Assembly: GCA_002633005.1 (NCBI GenBank)
Contig: NMRA01000063.1
Span: forward strand, 390,438-454,437
DNA: 64,000 bases
Source of the DNA: Phoronis australis
Taxonomy: Eukaryota; Animalia; Phoronida
Direction of reading: 5' to 3'
In this document: in pieces, positions 63,301-64,000 of the stretch
How positions within the stretch are numbered: the first letter of the stretch is position 1
How the letters are laid out: every line of letters starts with the position of its first letter
The notes under the pieces: model-generated
The model's input: only the letters and a program-made list of their open reading frames with translations
What the model was told of the DNA's origin: nothing
The model's database searches: none
Position numbers and translations under genes: made by a program

Positions 63301-63838
63301 ATGCAGTGATGCGAACTCAAGGTTTAAATTTATAATTTTCATATTGGATGAATATCTCTCCGTCTTCATTAATAAAATTTGCAATTTTTCAGCGCATCGT
63401 TTGTCGTGTTGCATATGCATGTACATGTGATTTGTTTGAGACTTGACACTGACAGGTTTTCCTTTCAAGGAGTAAAAGCCGCGGACGACGCCGGGAAGAA
63501 CGAGTTTGCGATCTTTCTTTTAAATCAAAATACGTCACATGTCAAACCTCCTCAGCTCGCTAAATGTCGGGGTGTAAAACGTTATTGAGAGACTGAGACG
63601 CGTTTGCGTAATATGCACGCGAAACACGTACTTATCATTCTGCGTGGATTTGCGTGGTCTTGATTGTGTTTTGCGTCTACAGGTAATTGTGTTTTGCGTC
63701 TACAGGTAATTGTGTTTCAAAATGTTACCTGCAGTTTATGTTCTTCTGCCAATCTGGTCGTCCACTCTTGGTTTGTCTTTCCAATATAGAATTGTCGGAT
63801 GTTGCCGAGAATTTCTTCAGAACAATCGTCCGTGTCGA
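47514..63838 (-). CDS. 5'-partial gene with three tandem CTHRC1 C-terminal-like domains; complement(join(47514..47653,48782..48986,53254..53354,54356..54508,58015..58225,59977..60071,60610..60777,62750..62954,63729..63838))
   Basis: Nine GT-AG exons totalling 1388 nt (2 nt + 462 codons) splice in frame. Each trio matches the CTHRC1 C-domain pattern N-x-K-Q-x-x-W / F-x-K-x4-L-x-V...C-x2-WYF-x-FN-x2-EC-x2-P-x2-I / EG-x-CEG...TGW-x-S-x-SRIIxEE, recalled from the human protein. Confidence 0.88.
48300..48420. repeat. (CA)n/(TACA)n microsatellite
   Basis: Read directly. Confidence 0.95.
48782..48986 (-). CDS. CTHRC1-like domain C exon b (KVEYFKLSSRSALKVRWLGTLR...CAWYFAFNDVECSNPGPI...)
   Basis: Acceptor tttgcgaacag; donor G|gtaagt; same 205-nt length as the domain A exon b. 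Confidence 0.92.
49445..49815 (+). mobile_element. Penelope-like retroelement 3' remnant (GIY-YIG endonuclease C-terminus)
   Basis: Frameshifted translation RRFGEH..KPTAIGDHL...HTINIYNTRVLARGEHWHSRKIKEAFYIKQYNP.LNRDQGLQLPPI; the RxxEH, KEAxYI and LNRDxG motifs are typical of Penelope endonucleases. Confidence 0.85.
49947..50043. mobile_element. 97-bp perfect fold-back MITE, 45-bp arms, 7-nt loop, 8-bp TSD GTTGCATA
   Basis: 49947-49991 is the exact reverse complement of 49999-50043; TSD at 49939-49946 and 50044-50051. Confidence 0.93.
51989..52052 (-). repeat. tRNA-derived (SINE-head-like) fragment
   Basis: A-box TGGTGCAGTGG and B-box GTTCGAGTC on the minus strand; no complete cloverleaf. 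Confidence 0.5.
53254..53354 (-). CDS. CTHRC1-like domain C exon a (VRPDGTSVRVPQFNLAHHYWHSLNTGTTNGQIK)
   Basis: Acceptor ctatctttag; donor AAA|gtgagt; WHSLNTG...GQI resembles WSSLNYG...GKI. Confidence 0.88.
54356..54508 (-). CDS. CTHRC1-like domain B exon c (GGICKGLAEGNVKIQLW...SYSRIIVEEVRLNSKISA)
   Basis: Acceptor aattttgtag; SRIIVEE motif; donor GCA T|gtaagt (phase 1). Confidence 0.88.
55150..56403 (+). mobile_element. 5'-truncated, frameshifted RTE-clade LINE (RT domain) with (GATGA)n tail
   Basis: EQAGFKK, FIDYEKAFDSIEH, RGVRQADPISPKLF, LRFADD, LKWRWGGHV, GRPHARWRDD; TSD-like at(g/t)aaaacca at 55140-55149 and 56404-56413. It lies in an intron of the CTHRC1-like gene, antisense to it. 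Confidence 0.92.
56593..57346. repeat. 36-bp minisatellite, ~21 copies
   Basis: Unit catgtgtctaatgtttgcaaccacacctgtcgtcag. Confidence 0.95.
58015..58225 (-). CDS. CTHRC1-like domain B exon b (IINFSKRLSSTGLRVVWRGQLR...FNDLECSNPGKIDG...)
   Basis: Acceptor ttcttcactag; donor A|gtaagt. Confidence 0.9.
59343..59591. mobile_element. PIF/Harbinger-type MITE, 3-bp TSD AAG
   Basis: aag|gggcttgttccaa...ttggaacgggccc|aag; internal cttaag repeats. Confidence 0.6.
59977..60071 (-). CDS. CTHRC1-like domain B exon a (KTTCSALSSFNVKQAFWQND...AFA)
   Basis: Acceptor ttctcatctag; donor GCA|gtaagt; NVKQAFW resembles NYKQCSW. Confidence 0.88.
60610..60777 (-). CDS. CTHRC1-like domain A exon c (DGICEGLAAGDVTIDVYVSNC...ARLMVREVDMSASL)
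   Basis: Acceptor gttttag; no stop; donor TTA G|gtaaag (phase 1). Confidence 0.88.
61903..62294. repeat. 43-bp minisatellite x9
   Basis: Unit tctattgtaatgatagtatggtatgaataaacgtgctgtcgat. Confidence 0.93.
62750..62954 (-). CDS. CTHRC1-like domain A exon b (TKVYPKKSPKSGLHV...CSIACCATLYFKFNGATCPKSGGID...)
   Basis: Acceptor caattttccag; donor G|gtaggt; CC-x3-YFxFNG-x2-C motif. Confidence 0.9.
63729..63838 (-). CDS. CTHRC1-like domain A exon a (DTDDCSEEILGNIRQFYIG...HKLQ)
   Basis: Acceptor ctgttttcag (phase 1); donor CAG|gtaaca (phase 0). Confidence 0.75.
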
Positions 63839-64000
63839 CTGAAAACAGTGATCGAGGTCTCATCACATTGACTCTTGACAATGATGACGTAACAAACTCA
63901 GGCTCGGCTCCAGTTTTCCGCCATTCCACCAGACGAAGAAGGTCTCAAGATGAGACCGAAAGCTTGTGGTTTCTATGTAAACTTCATGACACCGAAAGGT

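Overview
Eukaryotic, AT-rich, repeat-dense DNA, probably from a marine invertebrate; the species cannot be determined from the sequence. It holds two convergent intron-containing genes. (1) On the + strand is a complete cytosolic-type serine hydroxymethyltransferase (SHMT1-like): 8 coding exons at 6425-43091, 477 aa, all GT-AG with consistent phases, plus a probable non-coding first exon ending at 4796. (2) On the - strand is a 5'-incomplete gene (9 exons, 63838 down to 47514, about 461 aa visible) made of three tandem CTHRC1 C-terminal-type globular domains. Each domain comes from a phase-1-flanked three-exon cassette and no collagen lies between them. The SHMT introns are full of nested non-autonomous elements: three copies of a ~2.4 kb CAGGG-ended DNA element with 5-bp TSDs (hAT5-like), Tc2-like TA-TSD elements, and many same-orientation Helentron-type (HINE/DINE-1-like) elements. 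Most ~150-bp internal satellite monomers of those HINEs carry a near-consensus CTCF motif. A 34-bp minisatellite is built from the fused 3' and 5' termini of the same HINE. Also present are an RTE LINE remnant, a Penelope GIY-YIG remnant, several MITEs (one a perfect 45-bp hairpin with an 8-bp TSD) and many minisatellites. There is no CRISPR, rRNA or credible tRNA gene. All alignments and counts were done by eye.
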